DNA of 64,000 nt from Candidatus Margulisiibacteriota bacterium (GCA_041661965.1 JBAZTH010000001.1:291221-355220), one strand, 5' to 3'. Counted from the first letter of the stretch, positions 44,452 to 60,544 are shown. The notes: generated by a model from the sequence alone, not told the origin. Numbers and translations are program-made.

Positions 44452-44637
44452 ATGAAAAATAAGATCGTTACATACTTTAATGAGACTCTGGCCGAGATGA
44501 AAAAGGTTGCCTGGCCGGACAGACAGTATGTGGTTGCGGCGACCGGGATAATTTTAGTGATCGTGCTCATGACCGGTTTCTTTGTTTTGTTCGTCGATTA
44601 CGTGCTCGGCGCGATATTTAAAATGCTGTTAGGTTGA
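44452..44637 (+). CDS. secE: Preprotein translocase subunit SecE
   Basis: 61-aa single-TM protein in the conserved position before nusG. Confidence 0.75.
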   Translation: MKNKIVTYFNETLAEMKKVAWPDRQYVVAATGIILVIVLMTGFFVLFVDYVLGAIFKMLLG

Positions 44638-44644
44638 TTATTTA

Positions 44645-45304
44645 ATGAACGATAACCAAGAACATTTGAAAAACGAGTCTCCAGAAGTTGCCGCTCCGGA
44701 ACCCTCCGTAGCGACAAACGAAGCGGCTCAACCTGTTCCAGCGGAAGCGGCGCCGGTCGAGGTCAATGTCCAGCCGGTCGGCGAGAAGCGCTGGTACGTT
44801 ATCCAAACCCTGACCGGCCAGGAAGATCGGGCCAAGCTGGCCATTGAGCAGGCAATCGAATCGGAAGGGTTAAAAGAGCGGATTTTTCAGGTTTTGGTCC
44901 CGATTGAGGAAACGATAGAAATTAAAGGCGGCAAGCGATTCGAGCGGATCCGCAAAATGTTCCCCGGTTATGTTTTCCTCGAGATGATCCTGGACGAAAA
45001 GACCTGGTATGTGATCCGGCAGACCACCGGGGTCGCCAGATTCATCGGGACCAAAATTCAACCGACCCCGGTTTCCGATCGGGAGATGGCCCGGGTCTTG
45101 AAACAGTTGGGTAAAGAAGAGAAGTTCGAGGTCTCTTTCGAAAAAGGCGAAGCGGTCAGGATCATTTCCGGTCCGTTCCGCGGTTACACCGGCAACGTCG
45201 ACGAACTTAACGCGGAAAAAGGGAAGCTCAAGGTCTTGATCAACATTTTTGGTCGGGATACGCCGGTCGAAGTTAATTTTGAGCACGCCCAGAAATTAGT
45301 GTAA
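44645..45304 (+). CDS. nusG: Transcription termination/antitermination factor NusG (with ~45-aa Ala/Pro/Glu-rich N-terminal extension)
   Basis: NGN domain [17 protein letters not shown]…; KOW motif [18 protein letters not shown]. Confidence 0.85.
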   Translation: MNDNQEHLKNESPEVAAPEPSVATNEAAQPVPAEAAPVEVNVQPVGEKRWYVIQTLTGQEDRAKLAIEQAIESEGLKERIFQVLVPIEETIEIKGGKRFERIRKMFPGYVFLEMILDEKTWYVIRQTTGVARFIGTKIQPTPVSDREMARVLKQLGKEEKFEVSFEKGEAVRIISGPFRGYTGNVDELNAEKGKLKVLINIFGRDTPVEVNFEHAQKLV

Positions 45305-45314
45305 AGGAAAAACA

Positions 45315-45743
45315 ATGGCAGCGAAAAAAGAAATTTTAACCAAAGTCAAATTGCAGATCAAAGCCGGGGCGGCCAACCCGGCCCCGCCGATCGGTCCGGC
45401 CCTCGGTCAGCACGGCTTGAATATCATGGAGTTTTGCAAACAGTACAATGCCGCGACCAAGGACAAAGGGGATATGGTCATTCCGGTCGAGATCTCGATC
45501 TACAAAGACCGTTCCTTCACCTTTATTCTGAAAACTCCCCCGGTTGCCGACCTGCTCCGCAAAGCGGCCGGAGTGGAAAAAGGTTCCGGTGTCCCCAACA
45601 AGAACAAGGTTGGGACCGTGACCAAGGCCAAGGTCAAAGAGATCGCCGAACTTAAACTGCCGGACCTCAACGCCAATGATGTTAATGCCGGAATGAAAAT
45701 CGTTGAAGGGACCGCGCGAAGCATGGGGATAAACGTACAATGA
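45315..45743 (+). CDS. rplK: 50S ribosomal protein L11
   Basis: [31 protein letters not shown]. Confidence 0.9.
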   Translation: MAAKKEILTKVKLQIKAGAANPAPPIGPALGQHGLNIMEFCKQYNAATKDKGDMVIPVEISIYKDRSFTFILKTPPVADLLRKAAGVEKGSGVPNKNKVGTVTKAKVKEIAELKLPDLNANDVNAGMKIVEGTARSMGINVQ

Positions 45744-46435
45744 GCGGAAAAAAATTCACTGAAAAGAAAAAAATAGTTGACAGCAACAAAAAGTATACTT
45801 TGCAGGAAGCGGTCGGTTTGGTCAAGCAGGCGGCTTGGGCCAAGTTTGACGAGACCGTCGACCTGGCGATCAAGCTCGGGGTCAACACGACCAAGAACCC
45901 GTCGATCCGCGGCGCGGTTTCTCTCCCTTCCGGGAGCGGCAAGAGCAAGAAGATCGCGGTTATTACCAGTCCTGGCGGAGTTAACGAGGCCGAAAAGGCC
46001 GGCGCCGCCGTGGTCGGGTCCGAAGACCTGGTGGAAAAAATTAAAGGCGGGTTCCTCGATTTTGATGTCTTGATTGCTTCCCCCGATATGATGGGTTCGG
46101 TCGGTAAGCTTGGTCGGGTACTCGGGCCGAAGGGTTTGATGCCTAATCCGAAGACCGGGACCGTGACCGAAGATGTCGCCAAAGCGGTCGCCGAGTTCAA
46201 AGGCGGCAAGGTTGAGTTCAAGATGGACAAGGGTGGAGCGGTCCACATGGTGATCGGTAAAGTTTCTTTCGCTCCCGAAGCTTTGGCCAAGAATTTCCGG
46301 ACCGCGCTTGAAGCGATCAACCGCCAAAAGCCGTCCGGTCTCAAGGGAATTTACATTAAGTCGATCACGCTCTCTTCGACCATGGGGCCGGGAGTAAAGC
46401 TTGATTTACGCAAGACTTTGGAAGAGGTTGAATAA
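45740..46435 (+). CDS. rplA: 50S ribosomal protein L1
   Basis: Conserved L1 sequence throughout; overlaps rplK (ATGA). Confidence 0.9.
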   Translation: MSGKKFTEKKKIVDSNKKYTLQEAVGLVKQAAWAKFDETVDLAIKLGVNTTKNPSIRGAVSLPSGSGKSKKIAVITSPGGVNEAEKAGAAVVGSEDLVEKIKGGFLDFDVLIASPDMMGSVGKLGRVLGPKGLMPNPKTGTVTEDVAKAVAEFKGGKVEFKMDKGGAVHMVIGKVSFAPEALAKNFRTALEAINRQKPSGLKGIYIKSITLSSTMGPGVKLDLRKTLEEVE

Positions 46436-46965
46436 TGAGCGAAAAAGCGATCGCGCAAAAGAAAATAGTTGTTGATGACCTGAAGGATCGGATAACGCGG
46501 GCCTCGCTCGTGGTTATTACCGATTACGTTGGTTTTACCGTGAAAGATCTGACCGGTCTGCGCAAGAAACTGCGGCCGTCCGGCGGCGAGCTTAAGGTTC
46601 TAAAAAATACCCTGATCCACCGGGCCGCCAGTGAATGCGGCTATGATGGGCTTGAGGGCAATCTTAAGGGTTCAACCGCGCTGCTCTTGGGCTATGACGA
46701 TCCAATCATTCCGCTCAAGGTCATGGTTGATTATTTCAAGGAGATCGAAAAGGGTTCGATGCGGGCCGGGATCGTCAGCAAAACCGTATTCGACGAAAAA
46801 CAGCTTAAAGAAATTGCGAAACTGCCGCCGCGCGAAGTCTTACTGGCTAAGGTGGTTGGCGGATTGCAGTCGCCGATAAGTGGCTTGGTTAACGTCTTGC
46901 AGGGTCCGATCAGGAAACTGGTCTACGCGCTGCAGGCGATCAAGGACAAGAAAGGGGGGGAATAA
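46435..46965 (+). CDS. rplJ: 50S ribosomal protein L10
   Basis: L10 family; position before rplL. Confidence 0.85.
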   Translation: MSEKAIAQKKIVVDDLKDRITRASLVVITDYVGFTVKDLTGLRKKLRPSGGELKVLKNTLIHRAASECGYDGLEGNLKGSTALLLGYDDPIIPLKVMVDYFKEIEKGSMRAGIVSKTVFDEKQLKEIAKLPPREVLLAKVVGGLQSPISGLVNVLQGPIRKLVYALQAIKDKKGGE

Positions 46966-46968
46966 GTT

Positions 46969-47345
46969 ATGTCTAAAGTACAGGAATTGATTACGTCCGT
47001 TGAGTCGATGACCGTTCTGGAGTTGTCTGAATTGGTGAAGGCCCTGGAGGAAAAGTTCGGGGTTACCGCCGCCGCTCCGGTCATGATGGGTGGAATGATG
47101 CCTGGCGCCGGCGCCGCCGCCGCGGAAGCGCCTAAGGATGAATTCGACGTCGTGCTCACCGCTGCCGGTGACAAGAAGATCCAGGTGCTCAAGGTTCTCC
47201 GCGAGCTGACTGGTCTTGGTCTGAAGGAAGCGAAAGATCTCGTTGACGGAGCGCCCAAAACCGTTAAAGAGAAGCTGAAGAAAGCAGAAGCTGAAGAGAT
47301 GAAAAAGAAACTCGAAGCTGAAGGGGCAAAGGTAGAAATTAAGTA

Positions 47346-47346
<1 letters not shown>
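46969..47346 (+). CDS. rplL: 50S ribosomal protein L7/L12
   Basis: Ala-rich hinge; C-terminal domain [23 protein letters not shown]. Confidence 0.9.
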
Positions 47347-50607
<3,261 letters not shown>

Positions 50608-50618
<11 letters not shown>

Positions 50619-53600
50619 AAAACCAGAAGATAAAGAATTCGATTTTATTAAGATCGGGTTGGCTTCCCCGGAGCAGATCCTTTCCTGGTCGCACGGTGAA
50701 GTCGAAAAACCGGAAACGATTAACTACCGGACTTTTAAGCCGGAGCGCCGCGGTCTGTTTTGTGAAAAGATCTTCGGGCCGGCCAAAGACTGGGAATGCC
50801 ATTGCGGCAAATACCGCCGGGTCCGCTATCGCGGGATCGTCTGCGAACGCTGCGGCGTCGAAGTTACAACTTCCCGTGTCCGCCGCGAGCGGATGGGGCA
50901 TATCAAGCTGGTTGAGCCGGTCGCTCACATCTGGTTCCTGCGCGGCATCCCGAGCTATATCAGTCTCCTGCTCGACATTTCGACCCGCGCGCTGGAAGAG
51001 GTCATTTATTACGATGCCTTTATCATTACTGAAGTTGACGAAGACGTTAAAGGCTTGCGGGTTGGGACCGTCCTCCGCGAAGCCGATTATCAGGAAGCGG
51101 TGGAGAAATACGGCGACAGCCTCAAGGCCGAGACCGGCGCCCGCGCCATCAAGGAGCTTTTAGGCCGGATCGACATGAGCGCCCTGGTTGCCAAGCTGCG
51201 CCGCGAACTGAAAGGTTCCGTCGGCCAGAAGCGGATGAAGATCATCAAACGGCTCCGGATCGCCGAAGCTTTCCTCAAATCAAACAATCGCCCGGAATGG
51301 ATGATCCTGACCAATGTCCCGGTCATTCCGCCGGATTTGCGTCCGATGGTCCAGCTTGAAGGGGGACGTTTTGCCACTTCCGATCTGAACGATCTTTATC
51401 GCCGCGTTCTTAACCGGAACAACCGCTTGAAGAAGATGATCAACATGGGCGCGCCCGAAATGATCATCCGGAACGAAAAGCGGATGCTCCAGGAAGCGGT
51501 TGATGTTCTCATCGACAATGGCCGCCGCAAACGGGCCGTGACCGGTTCCACCGGCCGCCCGCTCAAATCGCTGACTGACGGGATCGAAGGAAAACAGGGT
51601 CGTTTCCGGCAGAACCTGCTCGGTAAGCGGACCGATTATTCCGGCCGTTCAGTTATCGTCGTCGGCCCGAGTTTGAAACTTCACCAGTGCGGTCTGCCGA
51701 AAGAAATGGCGCTGGAGCTCTTCAAGCCTTTCGTGATCCGTAAGCTGGTTGAGCGGGGGATTTCCCAGAACGTTAAATCGGCCAAGCGGATGATCGAACG
51801 GCAGGAAGTCATTGTTTGGGATATTCTCGAAGAGATCATCAAGGGGCACCCGGTCATGCTGAACCGCGCCCCAACGCTCCATCGCTTAAGCGTTCAGGCC
51901 TTCGAACCGATCCTGGTCGAAGGAAAAGCGATCCAGCTTCATCCGCTCGTTTGTCCGGCGTTCAACGCCGACTTCGACGGCGACCAAATGGCGGTCCACG
52001 TGCCGCTGACGCCCGAAGCCCAGGTGGAATGCCGCATTCTGATGCTTTCTTCCAACAACGTCATGTCGGCCGCTTCCGGCCGGCCGGTCATTACCCCGAC
52101 CCAGGACATGGTCCTCGGCACCTATTACCTGACGGTCGACAACGAAAAAGAACTGCTTGGCAAAGACATCATTTTTGCCAACGATCAAGAAGCGATGGTC
52201 GCCAACGATCTCGACGAACTTCACCTGCACGCCAAGATCAAGGTCCGCCGCGGCGGTCAGCTGGTTGAAACGACCGTTGGCCGGGTCAAATTCAATTACA
52301 CCCTGAACCGGGTTCTTCGGAACCGGGGAATAAAGGAAGCTTATCCGTATCTTAATAATGTTCTGACCAAGAAAGAACTGGAGAAGCTGATTACCGATTG
52401 TTATGCCCGCTACGGCGCCGCGGTCACCGCGGAGATCGCCGACGAGATCAAACGGCTTGGTTTCAAGTACGCGACCCTGGCCGGCGTTTCCATCTCCATT
52501 GAAGATCTGAACGTGCCGAAGCGCAAAAAAGAGATCGTGGAAAAAGCCAACTCCCAGGTCGAAAGCCTGGAAAACATGTTCCGCAACGGCCAGCTGACCG
52601 ACAAAGAAAAATTCATCCGCTCGCTCGATATCTGGAGCACCGTGACCGAAGAAGTGACCGAATTGATGCTGGCCAATCTCGATAAGCTGAATTCAGTTTA
52701 CATGATGGCCTTCTCCGGCGCCCGCGGTAACGTCCAACAGGTTCGTCAGCTCTCCGGTATCCGCGGTTTGATGGCCGATCCGTTCGGGAACATCATTAAC
52801 ATCCCGATCAAATCGAACTTTAAAGAAGGTTTGAGCATTACCGAATATTTCATCTCTTCTTACGGCGCGCGTAAAGGCCTCGTTGATACCGCGCTCCGCA
52901 CCGCCGATTCCGGTTACCTGACCCGTCGTTTGGTCGACGTGGCCCAAGACGTTATCGTCACCGAAGTTGATTGCGGGACCAAGGAAGGCGTTGAACTGGT
53001 CGCGATCCGCGAAGGCTACGACATCGTTGTGCCGATCTCGCAGCGGTTGATCCATCGCACTCCGACCAAGAATATCAATGACCCGCTGACCGGCAAGGCG
53101 CTGGCCAAAGCGGATGAAATGATCGATAAAGAAACCGCTGAAAAGATCGAAGCGGCCGGCGTGGAAAAAGCCGAGGTTCGCTCGGCCTTGACCTGCCACA
53201 CGAAGAAAGGTCTCTGCCAGAAATGTTACGGGCTTGATCTCTCGACCATGAACGTGATCAATGTCGGCGAAGCGGTCGGGATCATTGCCGCCCAGTCGAT
53301 CGGTGAGCCCGGCACCCAGCTGACTATGAGAACCTTCCATATCGGCGGCGTCGCGCTCCATAAAACGACCAAGACCGCGATCAAGGTCAAGCACACCGGG
53401 ACCATCCATTTCGGCGAAGGGTTCGAACTCCGGGCCATCGTCGATGAATTCGGCGCCAAACGGAAAATGGTCACCCGCAGCGCTTCGGCCTTCGTTAAGG
53501 TCAAAGACAAAAAGGAAGAGTACTTACTGCCGGTTGGTTCCCTCCTGATGGTTGGCGACGGCGACAAGGTTGATGCCAACCAGACGATCGCCGAATTCGA

Positions 53601-54759
53601 TCCCTCTTTCGAGTACGTGATCGCCAGTACCCAAGGCAAGGTCAAGTTTATTAAGCTGGAAGTCAGCAGCAAGCGCGGCGAAAAGACGACCAAGCGTGAC
53701 GGCGAGATCTTCACCTATAATCCGAAGGGGAGCAAAGAATATTCCATCCCGAAAGACGCCCAGTCTTTTGTTAATGTCGGGGACAAGGTCAAAATCGGCG
53801 ATGAGATCGCGACCGGCGTGATCTGTAAGACCAACGGCGTTGTCCTCGAAGCGAAGAAAGAATATCTGATCGTCGCCCCCGGCGAACTTTATCTGATCAT
53901 CGCCGGTTCCAATGTTTACGTGGAAGACGGCGACAACGTTGAAAGTCATGACGTGATCGCTAAAGTTGAGGCGATCCGCCGCGATCCGAGCAAGACCCGC
54001 GACATCATTCAGGGTCTGCCGCGCGTCGAAGAATTGTTTGAAGGACGCCGCCCGAAAGACCCGGCTATTCTCTCCGAGATCGAAGGGGTTGTTGAGATCT
54101 CCGAAAAGGAAGGGGAGCGCTCCGTTCGGGTCCGCGGCAAAGAAGATTCCAGGGAATATTTCGTGCCTTACGAAACCCGCCTGCGCGTCGCCACCGGCGA
54201 CAAGGTCCATGTCGGCATGCAGCTGACCGAAGGGACCGTCAATCCGCACGACGTTTTGAGCATTCTCGGTTCCCGGGCGGCCCAAAGTTTCATGGTCGCC
54301 GAGATCCAGAAGATCTATCGCTCGCAAGGGGTAACGATCGCCGACAAGCACATTGAAGTGATCGTGCGCCAGATGACCAAGAAGGTCCGCGTCGTTCAAT
54401 CGGGCGACACGACCTTGCTCCCGGGCGAATTGATCGATGCCAATGCGATGGCTCGGATCAACGACGCTTCCAAGGGTGAAAAGGCCGAAGCCAATGAAGT
54501 GCTTCTCGGTATTACCAAGGCGTCGCTTAGCACCGACAGTTTTCTCTCCGCCGCTTCCTTCCAGGAGACGGCCAGAGTGCTGACTGAAGCCGCCGTTCAG
54601 GGGAAGATCGACGAAATGTACGGGCTCAAAGAGAACGTCATTATCGGCAAGCTGATCCCTGCCGGGACCGGCTTCGAAGATTACCGCTATATTGAATTAG
54701 TTCCGACGGCCGGGACCGTTTCCGAACTCGAGGAAGAAGTTAAGCAGGAGGAAGAATAA
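50608..54759 (+). CDS. rpoC: DNA-directed RNA polymerase subunit beta' (TTG start overlapping the rpoB 3' end)
   Basis: Zn finger [23 protein letters not shown]; catalytic [25 protein letters not shown] precedes TTG 50608; the longer ORF from 50536 is unlikely. Confidence 0.92.
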
Positions 54760-55151
54760 TGCCGACAATCAATCAATTGATCAGAAAAGGGCGGGGCTTT
54801 AAGAAGACAAGGAGCAAAGCTCCGGCGCTCAAGTCTTGCCCTTTGAAGAGAGGGGTCTGTACCAGGGTCTATACAACCACTCCTAAAAAACCGAACTCGG
54901 CTCTTCGTAAAGTCGCTCGCGTTAAGCTGGCCGGCGGGATCGAGGTCAGCGCTTACATTCCGGGGGTCGGGCACAACCTGCAGGAGCACTCCGTGGTCCT
55001 CGTTCGCGGCGGCCGCGTTAAGGATCTCCCCGGGGTTCGCTATCACATTGTGCGCGGCGCGTACGATACGGCCGGAGTCGAAAAACGGATGCAAAGCCGT
55101 TCCAAATATGGGGCGAAGAAACCGAAGTCTGGAGGTGGCGCCAGTGCCTAG
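54759..55151 (+). CDS. rpsL: 30S ribosomal protein S12
   Basis: [11 protein letters not shown]…[11 protein letters not shown]. Confidence 0.93.
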   Translation: MPTINQLIRKGRGFKKTRSKAPALKSCPLKRGVCTRVYTTTPKKPNSALRKVARVKLAGGIEVSAYIPGVGHNLQEHSVVLVRGGRVKDLPGVRYHIVRGAYDTAGVEKRMQSRSKYGAKKPKSGGGASA

Positions 55152-55614
55152 ATACGGAAGGGTCCCTAAAAGAAAAATATCGCCGGACTCCGTTTACAAT
55201 AGCGTGACGGTCTCCCGCTTTATCAACAAGATGATCCAGGACGGAAAAAAGAGCAAAGTTGAAAAGATCTTTTACGAAACCATGGAAATCGTCGAGAGTA
55301 AGTTGAAGAAACCGGCCCTGGAGGTCTTCACCAAAGCGCTCGAGCACTTGATTCCGCTGGTCGAAGTCAAGCCCCGGCGCGTCGGCGGCGCGACCTATCA
55401 GGTCCCGGTTGAAGTTTCCAAGCTGCGCGGCGAAGCCTTGGCGATGCAGTGGCTTAGGGAATCGGCGCGGCAACGGAGCGGTCGTTCGATGGCCGAAAAT
55501 CTGGCCGGCGAAATGATCGATGCTTACAACGGCGGCGGCAACGCGATGAAGAACAAAGAGACATTACATAAAACAGCCGAAGCCAACAAGGCTTTCGCGC
55601 ACTTTAGGTGGTAA
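55144..55614 (+). CDS. rpsG: 30S ribosomal protein S7 (GTG start)
   Basis: [20 protein letters not shown]…; the in-frame upstream extension overlapping rpsL is rejected. Confidence 0.88.
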   Translation: MPRYGRVPKRKISPDSVYNSVTVSRFINKMIQDGKKSKVEKIFYETMEIVESKLKKPALEVFTKALEHLIPLVEVKPRRVGGATYQVPVEVSKLRGEALAMQWLRESARQRSGRSMAENLAGEMIDAYNGGGNAMKNKETLHKTAEANKAFAHFRW

Positions 55615-55617
55615 AAA

Positions 55618-57696
55618 ATGGCAAGAGAATGTCCGATCGATAAATATCGAAATATGGGTTTTGCGGCGCACATCGACGCCGGCAAAACCACGACCACGGA
55701 ACGGGTGCTGTTCTACAGCGGCCGGCTCCACCGCATCGGCAACGTCGATGAGGGAAATACCGCCATGGACTGGATGGTCCAGGAAAAAGAGCGCGGGATT
55801 ACCATTACCTCGGCCGCGACCACGACTTTTTGGCGCGATCACCGGATCAATATCATTGACACGCCGGGACACGTTGATTTTACCGTCGAAGTCGAACGCT
55901 CGATGCGCGTTCTGGACGGCGTCGTCGTTATTTTCTGCGCGGTCGGCGGCGTCCAGCCCCAATCGGAAACCGTTTGGCGGCAGGCGATGCGCTACAAAGT
56001 TCCCCGGATGGCTTTCGTCAACAAAATGGACCGCCTGGGCGCGGACTTTTTCCGGGTCGTCGGTCAGATCAAGGATCGTTTGCTTGTTAAACCGGTCGTG
56101 ATGCAGCTCCCGGTCGGTTCTGAAGAGAACTTAAAAGGGATCGTTGATCTGGTTGAGATGGAAGCGGTCATTTATGACGACGAGCAGGGGATGAAGTTCC
56201 ACAAAGAGCCGATCCCGGCCGACCTGCAGGAAACAGCGAAAAAATACCGCGACCAGTTGGTCGAAGCGGCGGCGGAAGCCGACGACGCGACCCTGGAAAG
56301 ATATCTCTCCGGGACCCCGCTGACCAAAGAAGAGATCAAAGCGGGGATCCGCAAGCTGACCGTCGATGCCGAGATCGTTCCGGTTTTCTGCGGTTCGTCG
56401 TTTAAGAACAAAGGGGTCCAGCCGCTCCTTGACGGTATCGTCGATTATCTTCCATCTCCGGCCGATAAGAAGGCGGTGGTTGGAATAAATCCCGCGAATG
56501 GCGAAGAGAGCACCCGTGACCCCAAAGACGAAGCCCCGTTCTCGGCGCTGGCTTTTAAGATCATGACCGATCCTTTTGTCGGGCGCCTGACCTTCTTCCG
56601 GGTTTATTCCGGGGTCTTGAGCACCGGCTCCTATACGTTTAACTCGTCGAAGGACCGGAAAGAGCGGATCGGCCGCTTGCTGCAGATGCACGCCAACAAG
56701 CGGGAAGAGATCGGCGAGATCCGGGCCGGAGACATCGGCGCGATCGTTGGTTTGAAAGAGACGATGACCGGCGACACGCTCTGCGACGGCGACAAACAGA
56801 TCATCCTGGAATCGATCCAATTCCCGGAACCGGTTATCTTCGTGGCGATCGAACCGAAGACCTCGGCCGATCAGGAGAAGCTGGGGATGTCACTGTCGAA
56901 GCTGGCGGAAGAAGATCCGACCTTTAGGATCAAGACCGATCCCGAGACCGGCCAGACCATTATTTCCGGTATGGGCGAGCTCCACTTGGAGATCATCGTC
57001 GACCGGTTGCTGCGCGAATTCAAAGTTGAAGCCAACGTCGGTAAGCCGCAGGTCGCCTATAAAGAAACGATCCTCGGTTCGACCGAAGTCGAAGGGAAGT
57101 TCATCCGCCAGACCGGCGGCCGCGGTCAATACGGCCACGTTTGGCTGAAGATCGAGCCGCTCGAGGCCGGCAAAGGTTATGAGTTCGTCAATAAGATCGT
57201 CGGCGGATCGATCCCTAAGGAGTACATTCCCGCGGTCGACGCCGGTATTAAGGAAGCGATGGTGACGGGGGTTTTGGCCGGTTATCCGGTGATCGACGTT
57301 CGAGTGATCCTGTTCGATGGTTCTTATCACGACGTCGACTCTTCGGAAATCGCCTTTAAGATTGCCGGTTCCATGGCCTTCAAGAGCGGGTTTATGAAGA
57401 GCAAACCGATCCTCCTTGAACCGCTCATGAAAGTTGAGGTCGTCGTTCCCGAACAGTACATGGGGGATGTGATCGGCAACTTGAGCAGCCGCCGCGGCCA
57501 TGTTGAAGAGATGAGTCCGGCCCTCGGCATGCAGACGATCAAGGCCAAAGTGCCGCTGGCGCAGATGTTCGGTTATTCGACCGATCTGCGATCGCTGACC
57601 CAGGGACGCGGCAACTACACTATGGAATTCTCTGAATACCGCGAAGTTCCAAACAACATCGCGACTCAAATAATTGAAAAGGCACAAGGAAAGTAA
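55618..57696 (+). CDS. fusA: Elongation factor G
   Basis: G1 [13 protein letters not shown]; domain organisation and length (692 aa) typical. Confidence 0.93.
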   Translation: MARECPIDKYRNMGFAAHIDAGKTTTTERVLFYSGRLHRIGNVDEGNTAMDWMVQEKERGITITSAATTTFWRDHRINIIDTPGHVDFTVEVERSMRVLDGVVVIFCAVGGVQPQSETVWRQAMRYKVPRMAFVNKMDRLGADFFRVVGQIKDRLLVKPVVMQLPVGSEENLKGIVDLVEMEAVIYDDEQGMKFHKEPIPADLQETAKKYRDQLVEAAAEADDATLERYLSGTPLTKEEIKAGIRKLTVDAEIVPVFCGSSFKNKGVQPLLDGIVDYLPSPADKKAVVGINPANGEESTRDPKDEAPFSALAFKIMTDPFVGRLTFFRVYSGVLSTGSYTFNSSKDRKERIGRLLQMHANKREEIGEIRAGDIGAIVGLKETMTGDTLCDGDKQIILESIQFPEPVIFVAIEPKTSADQEKLGMSLSKLAEEDPTFRIKTDPETGQTIISGMGELHLEIIVDRLLREFKVEANVGKPQVAYKETILGSTEVEGKFIRQTGGRGQYGHVWLKIEPLEAGKGYEFVNKIVGGSIPKEYIPAVDAGIKEAMVTGVLAGYPVIDVRVILFDGSYHDVDSSEIAFKIAGSMAFKSGFMKSKPILLEPLMKVEVVVPEQYMGDVIGNLSSRRGHVEEMSPALGMQTIKAKVPLAQMFGYSTDLRSLTQGRGNYTMEFSEYREVPNNIATQIIEKAQGK

Positions 57697-57698
57697 AG

Positions 57699-58019
57699 AT
57701 GAACAAACAGAAGAGACAAAAAATTCGAATCAAGTTAAAAGCCTACGATCATCGGGTTTTGGACAAGTCGGCCGAGAAGATCGTTGATACGGCAAAACGC
57801 GCCGGAGCGCTGGTTTCCGGACCGATCCCGCTGCCGACCGATATTCAAAAGTGGTGCGTGCTCCGTTCGCCGCACGTCGATAAAAAGTCGCGCGAACATT
57901 TCGAAATGCGGACCCACAAACGTTTGATCGATATCCTTGAGCCGCCGCCGCAAACGGTCGACGCGCTCATGCAACTCGACCTGCCGGCAGGCGTCGATAT
58001 CGAAATAAAAATGGATTAA
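57699..58019 (+). CDS. rpsJ: 30S ribosomal protein S10
   Basis: [22 protein letters not shown]. Confidence 0.92.
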   Translation: MNKQKRQKIRIKLKAYDHRVLDKSAEKIVDTAKRAGALVSGPIPLPTDIQKWCVLRSPHVDKKSREHFEMRTHKRLIDILEPPPQTVDALMQLDLPAGVDIEIKMD

Positions 58020-58031
58020 GGACAGATAGAT

Positions 58032-58571
58032 ATGTTAGGTAAAAAAATAGGCATGACCCAGGTTTATGATGAAAGCGGCAACATGATCGGCGTGACCGTC
58101 GTCGAAGCCGGTCCGTGCGTCGTCTCCCAGGTTAAGACCGTGGCCAAAGAAGGTTACGACGCGATTCAGATCACGTTCGGCAAGAAAAAATGCGAGATCA
58201 GGGTCGACAATCCGGCTGATTTCAAAGTTGGCCAGGAAATGAAGGCTGACGCTTTCAAGTCGGGCGACATGATCGAAGTTTCCGGCACTACCGTCGGCAA
58301 GGGCTTTGCCGGACGCATTAAGCGCTGGCATCAACACCGCGGGCCGATGTCCCACGGTTCCAAGTTTCACCGCATCCCCGGTTCCATCGGTTCCGGTACC
58401 ACTCCGGGCCGCGTCTGGAAGGGGAAGCAAATGCCCGGCCGGATGGGTAACTGCCAAGCGACGAACAAAGGTTTGACCGTGATCCAAGTCATCCCGGAAA
58501 AGAACCTGATCCTGCTCAAAGGATCGGTCCCGGGCAAACGCGGAAATACAGTTTTTATAAGGAAGGCATAA
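58032..58571 (+). CDS. rplC: 50S ribosomal protein L3 (short form, 179 aa)
   Basis: MLGKKIGMTQVYDESG…; conserved W-x-G-x-M-x-R near the C-terminus. Confidence 0.88.
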   Translation: MLGKKIGMTQVYDESGNMIGVTVVEAGPCVVSQVKTVAKEGYDAIQITFGKKKCEIRVDNPADFKVGQEMKADAFKSGDMIEVSGTTVGKGFAGRIKRWHQHRGPMSHGSKFHRIPGSIGSGTTPGRVWKGKQMPGRMGNCQATNKGLTVIQVIPEKNLILLKGSVPGKRGNTVFIRKA

Positions 58572-58572
58572 C

Positions 58573-59142
58573 GTGGAAAAGAGCAAGATATTCAACGAGA
58601 AAAAAAATATGGCGGTCGTGCACGAGACTGTGCGCTGGCTGCAAGCCTCGGCTCGCCGCGGGACCCATTCGGCCAAAACCCGCAGTGAAGTCCGCGGCGG
58701 CGGCATCAAGCCGTGGAAGCAAAAAGGGACCGGCCGGGCCCGTGCCGGCAGTACCCGTTCACCTTTGTGGCGCCATGGTGGGGTTATTTTCCCCCCGAAG
58801 CCGAGGGATTATTCATATCCTCTGCCGAAGAAAGTCCGTAGCCTGGCTCTTCGGGTTGCGCTTTCCGAATTCAACCGGGCCGATAAATTGAAAGTTATCG
58901 ACGGGTATAAGTTGGCCGCGCCGAAGACCAAAGAAGGGGTGAAGTTCCTCAAGGAACTCGGCGTCAGCGGCAAGGTCACTTTGATCTACGCTGAAAAGGA
59001 CGATTTCGAAAAAGGCCTGCGCAACATTGCCGGGGTGACGATGGCTAAAGCGATCGAAGTCACGGTGATAGATTTGCTGAAATCCAAGTGGCTGGTTGTC
59101 GATAAGAAATCCGTGCAGGTATTAGAGGAGAGATTAAGTTAA
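58573..59142 (+). CDS. rplD: 50S ribosomal protein L4 (GTG start; an ATG start at about 58609 is possible)
   Basis: KPWKQKGTGRARAGS. Confidence 0.85.
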   Translation: MEKSKIFNEKKNMAVVHETVRWLQASARRGTHSAKTRSEVRGGGIKPWKQKGTGRARAGSTRSPLWRHGGVIFPPKPRDYSYPLPKKVRSLALRVALSEFNRADKLKVIDGYKLAAPKTKEGVKFLKELGVSGKVTLIYAEKDDFEKGLRNIAGVTMAKAIEVTVIDLLKSKWLVVDKKSVQVLEERLS

Positions 59143-59143
59143 A

Positions 59144-59425
59144 ATGGAAGTTGAAAACGTAATTTTAGGCGTCGTCGTGACCGAAAAATCGCTGGGCAAC
59201 CGTCCGCAGGGCGGTTACTCGTTCCGCGTCCATCTGGACGCGACAAAAATCATGGTCAAGCAGGCGGTCGAAAAGCTGTTCAAGGTGAAGGTCAAGTCGG
59301 TCAACATGCTCAATGTCCGGGGGAAACGCCGGGTCATTGGCAAAACTGCCGGCGAAACTTCCCGCTGGAAAAAGGCTTACGTCGCTTTGCGAGCCGGACA
59401 AACAATAAAGGAGCTAGAGGCGTAA
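59144..59425 (+). CDS. rplW: 50S ribosomal protein L23
   Basis: Position between L4 and L2; ILGVVVTEKS family motif. Confidence 0.85.
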   Translation: MEVENVILGVVVTEKSLGNRPQGGYSFRVHLDATKIMVKQAVEKLFKVKVKSVNMLNVRGKRRVIGKTAGETSRWKKAYVALRAGQTIKELEA

Positions 59426-59426
59426 C

Positions 59427-60257
59427 ATGGGTTTGAAGAGAAATAGACCAACAAGTCCGGGCACAAGGTTTAGGATTGCCGACGACTACTCCGATATTAC
59501 AAAAAATTATCCGGAGAAGAGTTTGCTGGCCGGCAAAAAACAGAAGTCGGGCCGCGATTGGCGCGGTTTTGTTTCGATGCGCCATCGGGGCGGCGGGAAC
59601 AAAAAGCATTATCGGATCATCGATTTTGTCCGGAACAAGGACAATGTCGCGGCCAAGGTCGTGGCGATCGAATACGATCCGAACCGGAACTGCCGCATCG
59701 CGCTGATCGAATATACCGACAACGTCAGAAATTATATTCTGGCGCCGCTCGGGGTTGGGGTCGGCGACGCGATTATGTCCGGGGTCGAAGCCGATATCAA
59801 GCCGGGGAATGCTTTGCCTCTGTCGGCGATTCCGGTCGGGACCACCGTCCATAATGTTGAGATCGATCCGGGCCGCGGCGGCAAACTGGCCCGCTCCGCC
59901 GGCGCCGGATTATCGCTGTTGGCAAAAGAAGGAAATTATGCTATTGTAAAGATGCCATCCGGCGAGCAGCGGATGATCCTGATTACCTGCCGGGCCACGG
60001 TCGGGCAGGTCGGGAACCTTGATCACAAAAATCTCATTATGGGTAAGGCCGGTAAGAAACGGCATCTTGGTCGTCGTCCGGAAGTCCGCGGTGTCGTGAT
60101 GAATCCTTGTGATCATCCCCACGGCGGCGGTGAGGGTAAGTCTGGCATCGGGAGAGAACATCCTGTTACCCCTTGGGGCAAACCTACTTTGGGTAAGAAG
60201 ACAAGAAAACCTCGTCTGCGCAGCAATCGCTTTATTTTGTCTAGGAGGAAAAAGTAG
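59427..60257 (+). CDS. rplB: 50S ribosomal protein L2
   Basis: GRNxxGxITxRHRGGG and [13 protein letters not shown] motifs present. Confidence 0.93.
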   Translation: MGLKRNRPTSPGTRFRIADDYSDITKNYPEKSLLAGKKQKSGRDWRGFVSMRHRGGGNKKHYRIIDFVRNKDNVAAKVVAIEYDPNRNCRIALIEYTDNVRNYILAPLGVGVGDAIMSGVEADIKPGNALPLSAIPVGTTVHNVEIDPGRGGKLARSAGAGLSLLAKEGNYAIVKMPSGEQRMILITCRATVGQVGNLDHKNLIMGKAGKKRHLGRRPEVRGVVMNPCDHPHGGGEGKSGIGREHPVTPWGKPTLGKKTRKPRLRSNRFILSRRKK

Positions 60258-60259
60258 AC

Positions 60260-60544
60260 ATGGCACGTTCTTTGCATAAAGGGCCGTTCGTTGAAGAGAA
60301 GCTGCTCCGAAAAGTGCAGAAAGCTCAAGCGACTAACGACAAAAAAGTTATTAAAACCTGGTCCCGCAGTTCAACGGTCATTCCCGACATGGTCGGCCTG
60401 ACCCTGGCGGTCCATAACGGGAACAAGCATATTCCGATCTATATAACCGAAAATTATGTCGGCCACAAGCTCGGGGAATTTGCCCAGACCAGATCTTTCC
60501 GCGGCCACAGTTCGCCGGCGGATAAAGGGACGGCGCCAGCCTAA
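60260..60544 (+). CDS. rpsS: 30S ribosomal protein S19
   Basis: [11 protein letters not shown]…[11 protein letters not shown]. Confidence 0.92.
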   Translation: MARSLHKGPFVEEKLLRKVQKAQATNDKKVIKTWSRSSTVIPDMVGLTLAVHNGNKHIPIYITENYVGHKLGEFAQTRSFRGHSSPADKGTAPA

